Assembly (NCBI GenBank): GCA_002862265.1
Contig: PKCQ01000215.1
Coordinates: forward strand, 1-33,700
DNA: 33,700 nucleotides
Origin: Planctomycetaceae bacterium
Lineage (GTDB): Bacteria > Planctomycetota > Planctomycetia > Pirellulales > Pirellulaceae
Direction: 5' to 3'
This document shows, piece by piece, positions 1 through 9,993 of this stretch (within the stretch, counting starts at the first letter, position 1; the number at the start of each line of letters is the position of its first letter). Below the pieces are notes generated by a model that made no database searches, was not told the DNA's origin, and worked only from the letters and a program-made list of their open reading frames with translations. Both the position numbers and the translations under genes were made by a program.

Positions 1-3
1 AGT

Positions 4-2184
4 CTACTTGCTGTCTTTTTTCTCTGGCGGCAAGATTCGTATTCGAACCGACGTGGAGGGTACCCAAGCGGTGATGTTTTGCGCGGCTGTTTGCTTTTTA
101 ACGGTTTCAACGATTCGGGTTTGTTTTTGAACTGCGGCGTCAAGCTTCATTTTCTCATCGGGCGAGATTCCAGCCTTGGCCGCTGCCTGGTTGAGTTGCT
201 TAAGATACTGCTCAGCTCGGGTCTGAGCCTGGGGGTTGGCCCGCCAAGCCACTTTGAGTTCGCCGAGCATCCAAAACGTAGCTTCGCCCAATGGAGCATC
301 GCCAGCGACTTCGATTGTGGCTTTTCCATCGGCTTTGTCTTTGGCGATTTTTACTTCTCCAAGTTTGACCTTTGGCGGGAGATTTTGTGGGCGCAGAATA
401 CACTCCACGTTGCCTCCAGCACGACGAGTTAGCTTGACAGGTATCTCCAGCTTTGTGCCTTGATGGACCTCCAAGACATTGCCATCGCCGAGTTGAGCAA
501 ATACTGGTGCCTTGTCGCTTTCGTTAATGCTCAGATGCAACTGATTCGTCAATCTTGAATGGATACGGTTGCGAGTGGAAGAAGCAGTCAAGCAAACGGT
601 ACTTATCTCGGCTCGCGATTCAATGGCTTTGTTGGCGAAGTTCGCACGTCCAACAATGTGTACTGGGCCATGCCAGGCAGCTGCACTCTCGTCGGCGGTG
701 ATAACAAGGGCTTCTTCGGTTACGCCAGGAGACATCACAACGGGTGGACAATGAAGTGTGGCCGGCAGGCCTTCTAAGTTCAATTCAATGGCGCTGTTGA
801 ATCCGTCTCGGCGATCAACCAGAATACGAATGGCTTTGGTTCCACCGGCCATGATGTTGCATCCGAAAGGCTTGACTGCGGCACGATTGTTGTTCGGGTA
901 AACGGGGGTAGCGAGAAGTCGAAAACTGGGTTGTTGGAAGCCGGCTTTTAGCAAGAACCCTTGGGACCCGATAGGTTGCTTGCCAGATTGTAGATTTAGT
1001 AGCTTGATTCGGAATTTGCCGTCAGCCGGTGCTGTCCAGCGGATCAGAGGGTCGAGTCTGCGAAGCAGCATTTCCGGGCCGCCGAGATTGCTTTGGTCAT
1101 CTTGTTGGCTCAGCTGCTGTGTCTTCAGCTCTGCTCCTTCGCCTTGAAGCGAGTAGATGACCATCTGAGGATCGGTCTGCTGCTGTAGTGCAGAAGAGCT
1201 GACTTCAAAAGAAACGACCTGTCCTTTCTTGGCATCAAAATCGTAATGCACTGCTCCCGATGCGAAGTCGCCTCGAATCAAGAACGGCAGTGTCAAGCGG
1301 TCGCCGCTGTTTGGACTACTTGATGCAAGTGATTGTGCTTTTCGAGGGTCAGCTAGGCTTGTGAGCTCATGGAAACGGGTATCCGAATGCGGAAAGTCCA
1401 AACTGGGACGCAGCAAGCGATCCAGCTCGGTGCCCGCTTCGGCTAATTCCATGCTGATCTCTTGGTCGGAGCGCTGGACTTCCAATGCAAAGGCGTACTC
1501 TTCGCCGCCGAGGAATAGGAAGTCGTGTAGCTCGAGAAATAGCGTGGTGTCTTCGTTAACTTGATGTTGGAGTTCAGCTGGCCAGAATCCTTTGGCATGC
1601 GAGCGAGAAATCTCAGTGCCATCATCGCGGCGAAGTGTGATACTGGGGATGGCTCGTGAGTCAAATTGTCGCGCATAGGCTGTTGCTCGCAACCATTGCC
1701 CTTTTGCGACTTTGACTTGGAAGTAGGTGCGTTGGTGCGGTTGGAAAACTTGAGAGTAGATGTGACCAGGTTCTGCCTCCTGCGCGAGCACTTGATTGCT
1801 GTGATCGCCAGCGACAGCTACGACCGGTTGAGTAGTTAGCAGCAGTGGCCGCGGGTTGGAAACGCCGAAGCGGCCAAGTGTTCGAACTTGGGCAATCCCT
1901 GTTTTCGCGTCAGTCGCAACGCTTAGATTAAAAACACCTTTTCTCACACCCACGGTTTGCAACAGCTCAGGGGCAGCGAGCTGTTGCGTCGCGGTGATCT
2001 TCTCGGAAGAGAATACCAGCTTTTGAAGTTCGGTGAGGTTCTGCCCGCGAGGTTGGAGTGTAGATTTGCTTCCAATCTGAACGCATGTAGCCGAGAGAGT
2101 GCGTAGCTCCGCAGTCGGAAATTCGGCTGACGCGATACATGAGAAAGCAAGAAGCAATCCAACAGTGCAGGTGGATCTCAACAC
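4..2184 (-). CDS. Secreted planctomycete protein with PPC (pre-peptidase C-terminal)-like beta-sandwich repeats
   Basis: 726-aa ORF with signal peptide (..LLLAFSCIASA), GRFGVSNPR, YARQFDSRAIP and DPQMVIY/LDPLIRWTAPADGKF PPC-like segments, and an RRDGFNSAIEL Ig-like segment; usual companion of DUF1501/DUF1549 genes. Confidence 0.75.
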   Translation of the reverse strand: MLRSTCTVGLLLAFSCIASAEFPTAELRTLSATCVQIGSKSTLQPRGQNLTELQKLVFSSEKITATQQLAAPELLQTVGVRKGVFNLSVATDAKTGIAQVRTLGRFGVSNPRPLLLTTQPVVAVAGDHSNQVLAQEAEPGHIYSQVFQPHQRTYFQVKVAKGQWLRATAYARQFDSRAIPSITLRRDDGTEISRSHAKGFWPAELQHQVNEDTTLFLELHDFLFLGGEEYAFALEVQRSDQEISMELAEAGTELDRLLRPSLDFPHSDTRFHELTSLADPRKAQSLASSSPNSGDRLTLPFLIRGDFASGAVHYDFDAKKGQVVSFEVSSSALQQQTDPQMVIYSLQGEGAELKTQQLSQQDDQSNLGGPEMLLRRLDPLIRWTAPADGKFRIKLLNLQSGKQPIGSQGFLLKAGFQQPSFRLLATPVYPNNNRAAVKPFGCNIMAGGTKAIRILVDRRDGFNSAIELNLEGLPATLHCPPVVMSPGVTEEALVITADESAAAWHGPVHIVGRANFANKAIESRAEISTVCLTASSTRNRIHSRLTNQLHLSINESDKAPVFAQLGDGNVLEVHQGTKLEIPVKLTRRAGGNVECILRPQNLPPKVKLGEVKIAKDKADGKATIEVAGDAPLGEATFWMLGELKVAWRANPQAQTRAEQYLKQLNQAAAKAGISPDEKMKLDAAVQKQTRIVETVKKQTAAQNITAWVPSTSVRIRILPPEKKDSK

Positions 2185-2227
2185 AGTGAGGTTACCGGAA
2201 GGGAAGGGAAGGAGGGCAGGTGCCTTT

Positions 2228-2233
2228 ATTCTA
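2228..2233 (-). promoter_or_regulatory. Putative sigma70 -10 box (TAGAAT) for the PPC gene
   Basis: TAGAAT on the minus strand about 45 nt upstream of the start, followed by a pyrimidine-rich leader; no clear -35. Confidence 0.35.
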
Positions 2234-2435
2234 GTTCAGGTTTTCTCCAAGCGGCACCGTCTTTCAGCTGTTTCAACATCAGCTGCGATTTTGGGGAAGG
2301 CGTTCGGCCGCGAGTTGAGTCGGCGAGCAAAAACGGCATGCACTCACGCCAACTGGCGCATTCTGTTGGGCTTCTGCTTGGTTGGTTGTAGAACCGGAAC
2401 GAACGGTCTGCGGCTGAAGTTCCAAGCGCAAACGG

Positions 2436-5042
2436 CTAATGATTGAACAAGAATTCCTTGGTGTTGAGCAAGGCCCAGACCAAGTCTTCAAAAGCGGCGC
2501 GGCGGAACTTGGCTGGGTCGGCACCTTCTGGCAGAGCTTTCGACAAGTATTGAATAGCGACTTGCAACTCTTCGGCATCTGGCTCGCGGCTCAGAGCGGT
2601 GAGATAGAGTTCCTCGATCACCGTCTTGGGATCACCAGAGCTTGCCGCCAAGGAAGCGGCGCGGCCCGTGTCTTGGGCGAGTTTTTGCTGTACTTCCTTC
2701 GAATTCAACAAGTGAAGACTCTGCGCCAACGTTGCTTCGTTGGAGCGCTCGCATTCACAGGCAGTCGCGGAGTCCGGTGAACCGAAAACATCCATGAAGT
2801 AGGATTTGTAGCTTGTGTCCGGAAGGCTGACGGCTCGCGTGTTGCTGGGTAATCCGGCAAAGGCAGTCTGCGTCATCGCTACTTGATCGACAGCATCCAG
2901 CAAGACTTCGGATTGAAGCCGCTTGGGATAGAACCGTGAGTAGCTGTTGTTGTCTCGTAAGTTGTATTCGTTGGCGGTTGCGCTAAGGCGATAAGTCGAC
3001 GAAGTGCATATCAAATGCAATAGCTTGCGGATGTCATAGTCGTTCTGCACAAAATGCTGAGACAATCCATCCAAGAGCTCGACATTCGAGGGCGGATTGG
3101 TGACTCGCATGTCATCTTCAGGTTCGACCATTCCTGTGGCAAAGAAGTGCTTCCAGTAACGGTTGACGAGTGAGCGAGCAAAGAAGGGATTCTCTGGAGC
3201 AACCATCCAGTCAACGAGGGATTCGCGTGGATCGGCCTCTTGGTTGAGATCGAGAGGTGCTGCATCGAGACCAGCGGGTTTCAGGTTTTCGCCCGTTTTG
3301 GGATGCCTAGCGCTAGCTCCACCGAAACGTGAAACGAAGATCGGCCCTTCAGGCGTGTCCCCGTTCTTCTTCTGGACTTTGGAAAAGAAGGCGGCCATTT
3401 GGAAGTAGTCGCGTTGACTCCACTTCTCAAAGGGATGGTGGTGGCAACGAGCACACTGCATGCGTTGTCCAAGAAAGAGCTGAGCCGCGTCTTCGACCCG
3501 AGACTCTGTGTTGTTGACTTCACGGAACCAAGCTACGGGCGGGTTGGATTCGACTGAGCCCGTGGCGGTCAGCAGCTCCCGAACGAGTTCATCGTAGGGT
3601 TTGTTCTGGTGGAAGCTGGACCGTAGCCAATCATGGAAGGCAAAATTGCCAAATTGATAGCCAGCGTTGGCTCGGCGATTACGAAGAATCGTGACCCACT
3701 TGCGAGCGAAGAACTCAGCGTGATCGGAGCTTTCGAGCAGCCTTTCGACCAGCTTTTCGTGCTTGTCAGCGCTTTGATCAGCCAGAAAGGCTCGGGTTTC
3801 CTCAATTTGTGGGAGGCGACCGGCCAAGTCTAAAGTGACACGGCGGATAAACGTGGCATCATCGCATTCTGAACTCGGTGGAATCCCAAGCGACTTGAGC
3901 TTCGTGAAGACCAACTCATCGACCAAGTTGCGTGTTGGCGGCCAAGCTGCCTCGGAGATGTCCTCACCCAATGGAATGCTGGCTTGGAAGACAGCGACTT
4001 GGCCTTGGTATCGAGCCATCACGGAAACGACGCCGGATTGATTTTTCAGCGATACGAGACCATGTTCGTCGACGTCCGCCAGGTCTTTATTGTTGGATTC
4101 ATACTGCACCGTGTGAGTGATGTCTTCGACCGACCCGTCACTGTAGCGTGCGACGACAGCCAGTTGTTGGGTGGATTCTCGTTGCAGGCGGCGGTGCTTG
4201 GGAAGCATTTCAATCTTGGTCAGCACTGGATCTTGTTCCGAGCCGTAGGGCATCCCAGATGCAATCCAGCGTTTTATGAGACGGTATTCGTGCGTGTCGG
4301 CGTCCATTCGTTGGCCGCCGCCGTGAGGCGAAGCATTGATGGCTTTTTGCAGTAGGAGGCTCTTGTCTGGTACTGCTGGGAACAATCTTCTGCCGCGTGA
4401 CTCGCGCACCAAGTGTTCGTAGTCTTCTTTCGGTTCGAAGCCAAGCAATGACAGTTTGAATCCCGCTTGTCCGGCTGCTTTGCCATGACAGCCGCCGCCA
4501 TTGCAACCCATTTTGGTAAAGATGGGAACGACTTGGTTGGCAAAGTTGACGGGCTGCGTGGCATCGAGACCGGTTACTTTTAGCGCGATCTGAGCTACGT
4601 TGCCCGAGGAATCAGTGGCTTGGATCGAAGCCTGGCCGTTCGTTAGTGGTCGGAGATAACCAGCTGCGTCCACCTCAGCGATGGCCGGTTTGATTTCGAA
4701 TGTTACAGCTCGAGTGACGTCTTGGCTGTCCGATTTAGTAGCATTGTCGCGAATCGCTCCGTCAATCGAAGCGTTTTCCACTAACAGCGATTGGCTCACT
4801 TGGAGTTGCCAGCGAGCGTCGACACCGCGGAGATGGATAGCGTTTGAAGAGTTAGTACTGGCAGAGCTATCGAAACGGAGTCTAGCCGAGTTGGGCTCCG
4901 TGGCGGGGCAAGTGCCGACGAGCACTAGCAAAGCAATCGTGGCATGGGCTTCTAGCCTGTGACCCCGGAGAGCAAAAGCAAGCAGATTGATGACGAAAGT
5001 TTTGACGCCTTCCGCTTTGGAGAATTGGAGCGGTTTGGCCAT
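2436..5042 (-). CDS. DUF1549/DUF1553 protein with Ig-like (Big_2) domains
   Basis: 868 aa; GCNGGGCHG..GFKLSLLGF, FIRRVTLDLAGRLP, FLGQRMQCARCHHHPFEKW, NRYWKHFF, NPPSNVELLD, CECER, EDLVWALLNTKEFLFNH. Confidence 0.9.
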   Translation of the reverse strand: MAKPLQFSKAEGVKTFVINLLAFALRGHRLEAHATIALLVLVGTCPATEPNSARLRFDSSASTNSSNAIHLRGVDARWQLQVSQSLLVENASIDGAIRDNATKSDSQDVTRAVTFEIKPAIAEVDAAGYLRPLTNGQASIQATDSSGNVAQIALKVTGLDATQPVNFANQVVPIFTKMGCNGGGCHGKAAGQAGFKLSLLGFEPKEDYEHLVRESRGRRLFPAVPDKSLLLQKAINASPHGGGQRMDADTHEYRLIKRWIASGMPYGSEQDPVLTKIEMLPKHRRLQRESTQQLAVVARYSDGSVEDITHTVQYESNNKDLADVDEHGLVSLKNQSGVVSVMARYQGQVAVFQASIPLGEDISEAAWPPTRNLVDELVFTKLKSLGIPPSSECDDATFIRRVTLDLAGRLPQIEETRAFLADQSADKHEKLVERLLESSDHAEFFARKWVTILRNRRANAGYQFGNFAFHDWLRSSFHQNKPYDELVRELLTATGSVESNPPVAWFREVNNTESRVEDAAQLFLGQRMQCARCHHHPFEKWSQRDYFQMAAFFSKVQKKNGDTPEGPIFVSRFGGASARHPKTGENLKPAGLDAAPLDLNQEADPRESLVDWMVAPENPFFARSLVNRYWKHFFATGMVEPEDDMRVTNPPSNVELLDGLSQHFVQNDYDIRKLLHLICTSSTYRLSATANEYNLRDNNSYSRFYPKRLQSEVLLDAVDQVAMTQTAFAGLPSNTRAVSLPDTSYKSYFMDVFGSPDSATACECERSNEATLAQSLHLLNSKEVQQKLAQDTGRAASLAASSGDPKTVIEELYLTALSREPDAEELQVAIQYLSKALPEGADPAKFRRAAFEDLVWALLNTKEFLFNH

Positions 5043-5052
5043 GAATCCGCTC

Positions 5053-6414
5053 CTAAATCAATTCGGCGATGGGGTCGTGATCGACCAAGTACTGTGGGCG
5101 ACCGGTTGGGTCTTGGATAGTGGTGGTCGCGGTGTTAATACCAAGTTGATGGTAGATCGTGGAGATAATTTCCTGCATTTGCACAGGTCGCTCTGTGGCA
5201 TACTCGCCCAAGCGGTTGGTGGCTCCGATGGCTTGTCCACCGCGGATGCCGCCGCCTGCGATATGAGCACAGCTGACTTTGGTCCAGTGGTCACGGCCCG
5301 CTTTATTGTTGATTTTGGGAGTTCGTCCAAATTCACCCCAAGTTACGATCGTCACGTCATCCAGGATCCCACGTTGGTCGAGATCTTCGATGAGAGCACT
5401 CAGGCATTGGTCGAGTTTCGAGCCATGATCGCGGACCAAGTCGAAATTCTGTCCGTGACTGTCCCAGCGTCCGAAGCTCAGGCTGACGCAGCGTGCTCCG
5501 GCTTCGACCAGCCGCCGAGCAATTAGCAAGTGGTCGTTGCAGGTTGGCGCGCCGTCGTACTGGTACTTGTAAGGTTTACCGTCACCGTACCGCGCTACGA
5601 TTTTTGGATCTTCTTTGGACAGGTCGAGAGCATCGAGCAGCTTACTACTGGTTAGAACATCGAAGGCTTTTTGCTCGAAAGCATCCATGCCTTCCATAGT
5701 TCCGCTGGCGTCGATATCCCGTCGCATTCGATCCAGTCCGGATAGTAGCGATCGGCGATCTTGCAGTCGTTCAAGCGAAATATCGTTAAGCTTCATGTTC
5801 TGCATCCCAGGGCCATCTGGCTTGAAGGGCGAGAAGCTGCTGCCGAGAAAGCCTGCTGAGCCAGAGTCTGACCAGGGCATGTGTTTGGTCTTCGCGGCCA
5901 GTCCGACGTAAGGTGGCACGGAGGGATCGACCGGTCCGTAGAGTTTTGCGAGAGCAGATCCGATGGCTGGCCGGCCACCAAGGTTCTTCATGTTGACCGA
6001 ATCCCAGCCACTCATGCAGCTGTAGGATTCGTGTCTGCCGTTGCAGCCGACGACAGAACGAATGACGGCCGACTTGTCCATCAGACCGGCGAGTTTTGGG
6101 AAGACTTCGCAAATCTCTACACCCGAAGCATTTGTTGGGATTGCGCGAAACTCTCCGCGAATTTCGGTGGGGGCATCTGATTTGATTTCCCACATGTCTT
6201 GATGAGGCGGACCACCTGCTAGGAAGACATTGATGACTGCCTTGTGTCCGAGACCGGTGGTACTCTTTGCACCGGAGCCGCCAGAAGACTCCGCTTTGAG
6301 GATGTTCGAGAGTCCAAAACCGCCGGCTCCAAAAGTGAGTCCCCCAACGGTGAGAAAACTACGACGGGAAACACCGTCACAGTAGCGACTAGATTTGCCG
6401 AGCAGAGTTAGCAT
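5053..6414 (-). CDS. DUF1501 family protein, Tat-exported
   Basis: 453 aa; SRRSFL Tat motif, FLAGGPPHQD, ARRLVEAGARCV, WDSH, GEFGRTPKIN..GRDHW. Confidence 0.93.
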   Translation of the reverse strand: MLTLLGKSSRYCDGVSRRSFLTVGGLTFGAGGFGLSNILKAESSGGSGAKSTTGLGHKAVINVFLAGGPPHQDMWEIKSDAPTEIRGEFRAIPTNASGVEICEVFPKLAGLMDKSAVIRSVVGCNGRHESYSCMSGWDSVNMKNLGGRPAIGSALAKLYGPVDPSVPPYVGLAAKTKHMPWSDSGSAGFLGSSFSPFKPDGPGMQNMKLNDISLERLQDRRSLLSGLDRMRRDIDASGTMEGMDAFEQKAFDVLTSSKLLDALDLSKEDPKIVARYGDGKPYKYQYDGAPTCNDHLLIARRLVEAGARCVSLSFGRWDSHGQNFDLVRDHGSKLDQCLSALIEDLDQRGILDDVTIVTWGEFGRTPKINNKAGRDHWTKVSCAHIAGGGIRGGQAIGATNRLGEYATERPVQMQEIISTIYHQLGINTATTTIQDPTGRPQYLVDHDPIAELI

Positions 6415-6494
6415 AAGTTGACCCCTGGAAGGAATTTAGGATCATTTGGGTGGGTCGGAAGTGGCTCCAAAGCCAAACGTTGCGGGCGGTTTTA

Positions 6495-6503
6495 ATTCTA
6501 CCA
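6495..6503 (-). promoter_or_regulatory. Putative extended -10 promoter (TGgTAGAAT) of the DUF1501 operon
   Basis: TGnTAGAAT on the minus strand about 80 nt upstream of ATG 6414. Confidence 0.4.
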
Positions 6504-6869
6504 CCGAAACTTCTCCATGCCTCGTATTCTGATCGGATTTGTCGGCACTTGGCAAGTCTGAGACGGTCATTTTTCCGATTCGGGAGGTCAAACCAACAAA
6601 AAGCGGGTCAAGCGAGGCTCAAAACCGTTTCGGGCCGAAAGCTGATTGTTATTGTGCTTAGCCCAAATAGGTGGTTTGTGTTTCACTGTTAGTTCCGTGA
6701 GTCGGGTTAAAGATGATTCCATAGGATCGGCATATTTAGCAATTCTTAGAGGCAAGGGATTTTCAAAAAACGATTCTGCCCGAATAGAATTGCCCGTGGA
6801 ACAGACAGTCACAGCTGGTGCTCGAAAGATCCAACGCAGGCTTCCATATCAATTTTGGAGAACTCTTCC

Positions 6870-7982
6870 ATGCATCGAAGCAAGATCTGGAATCGCCGAT
6901 TGTTCTTGGCGATCGCTTTCCTGATCGGCACTCAAACGAGAAGTTTTGCTCAGCCGCAGAACTCCGACGCGCTGCGCGAGCAACTGATCCCCAGTCATCT
7001 TCTAGGGCTGATACATGCACCTGAGGTTCATGCCGAGTTGAAGTTAACACCAGCGCAGGTAACCAAGCTTGAGGCGTTCTTCGAAAAAACGGATGGTGAC
7101 TGGTTTCGTTCTCGCATTATCCAACAGCCAGAAAAGCTAGCTGCTCAGGTAAAGCGATTCGAAGCAATGGCTTGGCAGTGGTTCCGGTCGAATACTTCCA
7201 AGCAGCAGCAGGAGCGACTGAGGCAATTGGAGCTGCGAGCCCAAGGGATTCGAATGTTGCTGCGACGGGATCTGAGCCAAGAACTTCGCATGCAGGAATC
7301 TCAGCTTACTCAGCTGGAAGAGCTCGCCAGAGCCACCGTTAAAGCGACCCAAGAACTGCAGAAAGCGACGATGCAGAATAAGGTGACTGAGGAGCTTAAG
7401 TTGGCTGTCCTGGAGGCCAACAAAGCAGAAGCGGCTTCACTGCAGACGGTTATGACTCAGGGGCAAATGGATCAGCTGCGGCAGATTTTGGGAGCCCCGT
7501 TTGAAACGAGCAAGTTGCAGAGAATTTACCCTATGGCGCCCGAGCTGGTACCAGTCAGCGATTGGATCAACTCGAGTCCGCTAACCTTGCAGAGCCTTCG
7601 CGGGAAAGTGGTTTTGTTGCATTTCTACGCGTTTCAGTGCCATAACTGTCACGCAAACTTCGACGTCTATCAACGTTGGCACAAGCAATATGGTGACGAT
7701 GTCGTCGTTTTGGGAATTCAAACGCCGGAAACTTCTAACGAGCGCGATCCGTCGTTGGTCCGGAAGGCGGCGAAGGAAAGAGACCTGAACTTTCCGATTC
7801 TGGTGGATCTCAAGAGCGAGAACTGGAAAAGCTGGTCCAACACAATGTGGCCCACTGTCTACGTGATCGATAAGAGGGGCTACATCCGACACTGGTGGCA
7901 AGGCGAGCTGCGTTGGAAAGGTGCGACGATGGATCAGAAGATCGAAAGCATCGTCACCGGTCTGCTGGCTGAAGATGCATAG
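6870..7982 (+). CDS. Exported redoxin: N-terminal LTxxQ-like helical repeats plus TlpA/DipZ-like thioredoxin domain
   Basis: ATG 6870 after GGAG; signal with NRRLFL; LRGKVVLLHFYAFQCHNCHAN, GIQTPE and cis-Pro segment WPTVYVIDKRG. Confidence 0.82.
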   Translation: MHRSKIWNRRLFLAIAFLIGTQTRSFAQPQNSDALREQLIPSHLLGLIHAPEVHAELKLTPAQVTKLEAFFEKTDGDWFRSRIIQQPEKLAAQVKRFEAMAWQWFRSNTSKQQQERLRQLELRAQGIRMLLRRDLSQELRMQESQLTQLEELARATVKATQELQKATMQNKVTEELKLAVLEANKAEAASLQTVMTQGQMDQLRQILGAPFETSKLQRIYPMAPELVPVSDWINSSPLTLQSLRGKVVLLHFYAFQCHNCHANFDVYQRWHKQYGDDVVVLGIQTPETSNERDPSLVRKAAKERDLNFPILVDLKSENWKSWSNTMWPTVYVIDKRGYIRHWWQGELRWKGATMDQKIESIVTGLLAEDA

Positions 7983-8074
7983 CAGAGCCCACAAAAGCTG
8001 AACGAGAAACAATCAAGCGGCTTCGGATTGCATACGCTGAAGCAGCGAGACGTGTGCCAAGTACAAATGTTCTC

Positions 8075-9097
8075 TTAGCCGACGAGGAATCGATGGATAG
8101 ATTTCTGGACGAATTCCTGCCCCGGATCTAGGCGGGTAGTGGGGAATGCAGGCTTGTTCGGCGCGTCGGGAAAATGTTGCGTTTCCAAGCAAAAACCGCT
8201 GTATGGAGTGAAATCGCCATCTAAGTGATTGCCCGTATAGAGCTGCATTCCAGGTTGCGTAGTAAGGACCTCCATCACGCGCCCGCTGCTGGGATCACGG
8301 GCTGTCCCAGCCAAACGCGGTTCGCTTCCTGGCTCGCCATCGACAACGTAGCAATGGTCGTAGCCTTTGGTTCCTGGGAATTCGTCGAGTCGCTCGCCGA
8401 GTTTTCGGAAGTCAGCAAATCCCAGGGAGCTACCGGCTGTCGGTAGAAGCTCACCGGTCGGAATCAGGTTCTCATCGACTGCCAAGGAGTTCGAGCAGTT
8501 CAGCTTCAGCTCGTGATCGCGAATGTCGCCATTGCCAACTCCGGCAAGATTCCAGTAGGCGTGATTGGTCAGGTTGAGAACTGTTGGTGCATCGGTGGTG
8601 GCTCGGAAAGTGTAAGTTAGTTCACTGGAGTTGTTCCAAGTGTATTCTGCTACAACCTTTAGTTCTCCAGGGTAGCCTTCTTCGCCGTTAGGGCTGACCG
8701 TGGAAAAGCGCAGTCCGCATGCACTCTCCGCATCCAGCTGCTCGGCTTGCCAAATGTGGCGGTCGAAGCCTTTGATGCCACCATGAAGGTGATTCGGTCC
8801 ATTGTTAATTGCTAGCGTGTAAGTCTTACCGTTCAGCTCGAATCTCCCGGCGGCAATCCGATTGCAAAATCTGCCGACGGTGGAACCGAGATAAGCGTGA
8901 CGCTCGAGGTACCCCGCCAACTCGGAATACCCCAAATTCACGTTTTCCAATTTTCCATTTTGGTCTGGTACTTCGACGGAAACCAGAATCGCACCAAAGT
9001 TTGTCATGCACACCCGATGGCCGAGGGCGTTGGTCATTGCGAATAGGCTGACTTCGGTGCCTTCTACAGAACCGAACGAAGTGGTTTTGATGGGCAT
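8075..9097 (-). CDS. galM: Aldose 1-epimerase (galactose mutarotase)
   Basis: 340 aa; GRFCNRI, LHGG, GYPG, NLTNHAYWNL, GYDHCY, GFCLETQHFPDAPN. Confidence 0.95.
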   Translation of the reverse strand: MPIKTTSFGSVEGTEVSLFAMTNALGHRVCMTNFGAILVSVEVPDQNGKLENVNLGYSELAGYLERHAYLGSTVGRFCNRIAAGRFELNGKTYTLAINNGPNHLHGGIKGFDRHIWQAEQLDAESACGLRFSTVSPNGEEGYPGELKVVAEYTWNNSSELTYTFRATTDAPTVLNLTNHAYWNLAGVGNGDIRDHELKLNCSNSLAVDENLIPTGELLPTAGSSLGFADFRKLGERLDEFPGTKGYDHCYVVDGEPGSEPRLAGTARDPSSGRVMEVLTTQPGMQLYTGNHLDGDFTPYSGFCLETQHFPDAPNKPAFPTTRLDPGQEFVQKSIHRFLVG

Positions 9098-9333
9098 TGC
9101 TTTGCTAGCTCTTATCTTTGTTGACTTGGAAAATGGAGCTTTCAGTCGATTATTCCTGATTGAATCGACTTGGGAAGTGCCTGCGATAGTTGACCGAATC
9201 CCGACTCAGATTGGAAAAACCAGTGAATCCTCGAAATATTCGGGGAGTTGTGGCGAGTAATATTTGGTCAGACTTGCTGGCTTTGCTCCGAACCCGAACT
9301 GGTCCACCTTGCTGCTTCCCCCAGGAGGGGGGT

Positions 9334-9361
9334 GCAACAGTTCGGACTGAGCGGAAACTTT
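9334..9361 (+). promoter_or_regulatory. Putative ECF-sigma promoter GCAAC-N13-CGGAAACTTT upstream of the ECF gene
   Basis: Same bipartite motif and spacing recur at 10814-10841; AAC is typical of ECF -35 elements. Confidence 0.55.
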
Positions 9362-9391
9362 GAACCGTTCGCATGTTCCTGAGAAACCACA

Positions 9392-9919
9392 ATGAGCGTC
9401 CCCGCTGCTTTTGATCCCTTAGATGCGCTGCCAGATCACGAGGATTGGCTGCGAACATCGTTGCTCGCGCGATTGGGAAATCGCGACGAGGTTGAGGAAG
9501 TCATGCAAGAAGTGGCGGTTGCTGCGGCGAACCAGTCTGCCAAGGAAGAGCCGGTCGACCGGGTTGGTCCTTGGCTGTATCGAGTCGCGATGCGGCAAAT
9601 GATGCTGTTCCGTCGAAAGGCGGGACGGCGCCGGAAGCTGATCAACAATGTGGTGGAAGCCAAGCAACCCACTGAAGAGGATACACGCGGACGTTCGCCG
9701 CTCGAATTCCTGATTTCCACCGAGCGTCAAGAAGAAGTGCGACGAGCAATGCGAAAAATGACGGAGCGAGATCGTCAGCTACTGTTGCTGAAGTACGTGG
9801 AGGGATTGTCCTACGGTCAAATCGCGACTCGCGTTGGCGTCACCGCCAGCGCGGTGCAGTCGCGATTACACCGTGCCAGGGCTCTTCTGCGTAAAGAATT
9901 GTTAAGTATGGAAGCTTAG
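9392..9919 (+). CDS. ECF RNA polymerase sigma factor
   Basis: 175 aa; sigma2 (EEVMQEV..GPWLYRVAMRQ) and sigma4 HTH (EGLSYGQIATRVGVTASAVQSRLHRARALL). Confidence 0.93.
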   Translation: MSVPAAFDPLDALPDHEDWLRTSLLARLGNRDEVEEVMQEVAVAAANQSAKEEPVDRVGPWLYRVAMRQMMLFRRKAGRRRKLINNVVEAKQPTEEDTRGRSPLEFLISTERQEEVRRAMRKMTERDRQLLLLKYVEGLSYGQIATRVGVTASAVQSRLHRARALLRKELLSMEA

Positions 9920-9993
9920 TCCCTAGAGACATCGAAACTGAAATCCGACCGAGCAACGCCAAGTTGATGCTCTGACCGAATTGGATCGAAGCC

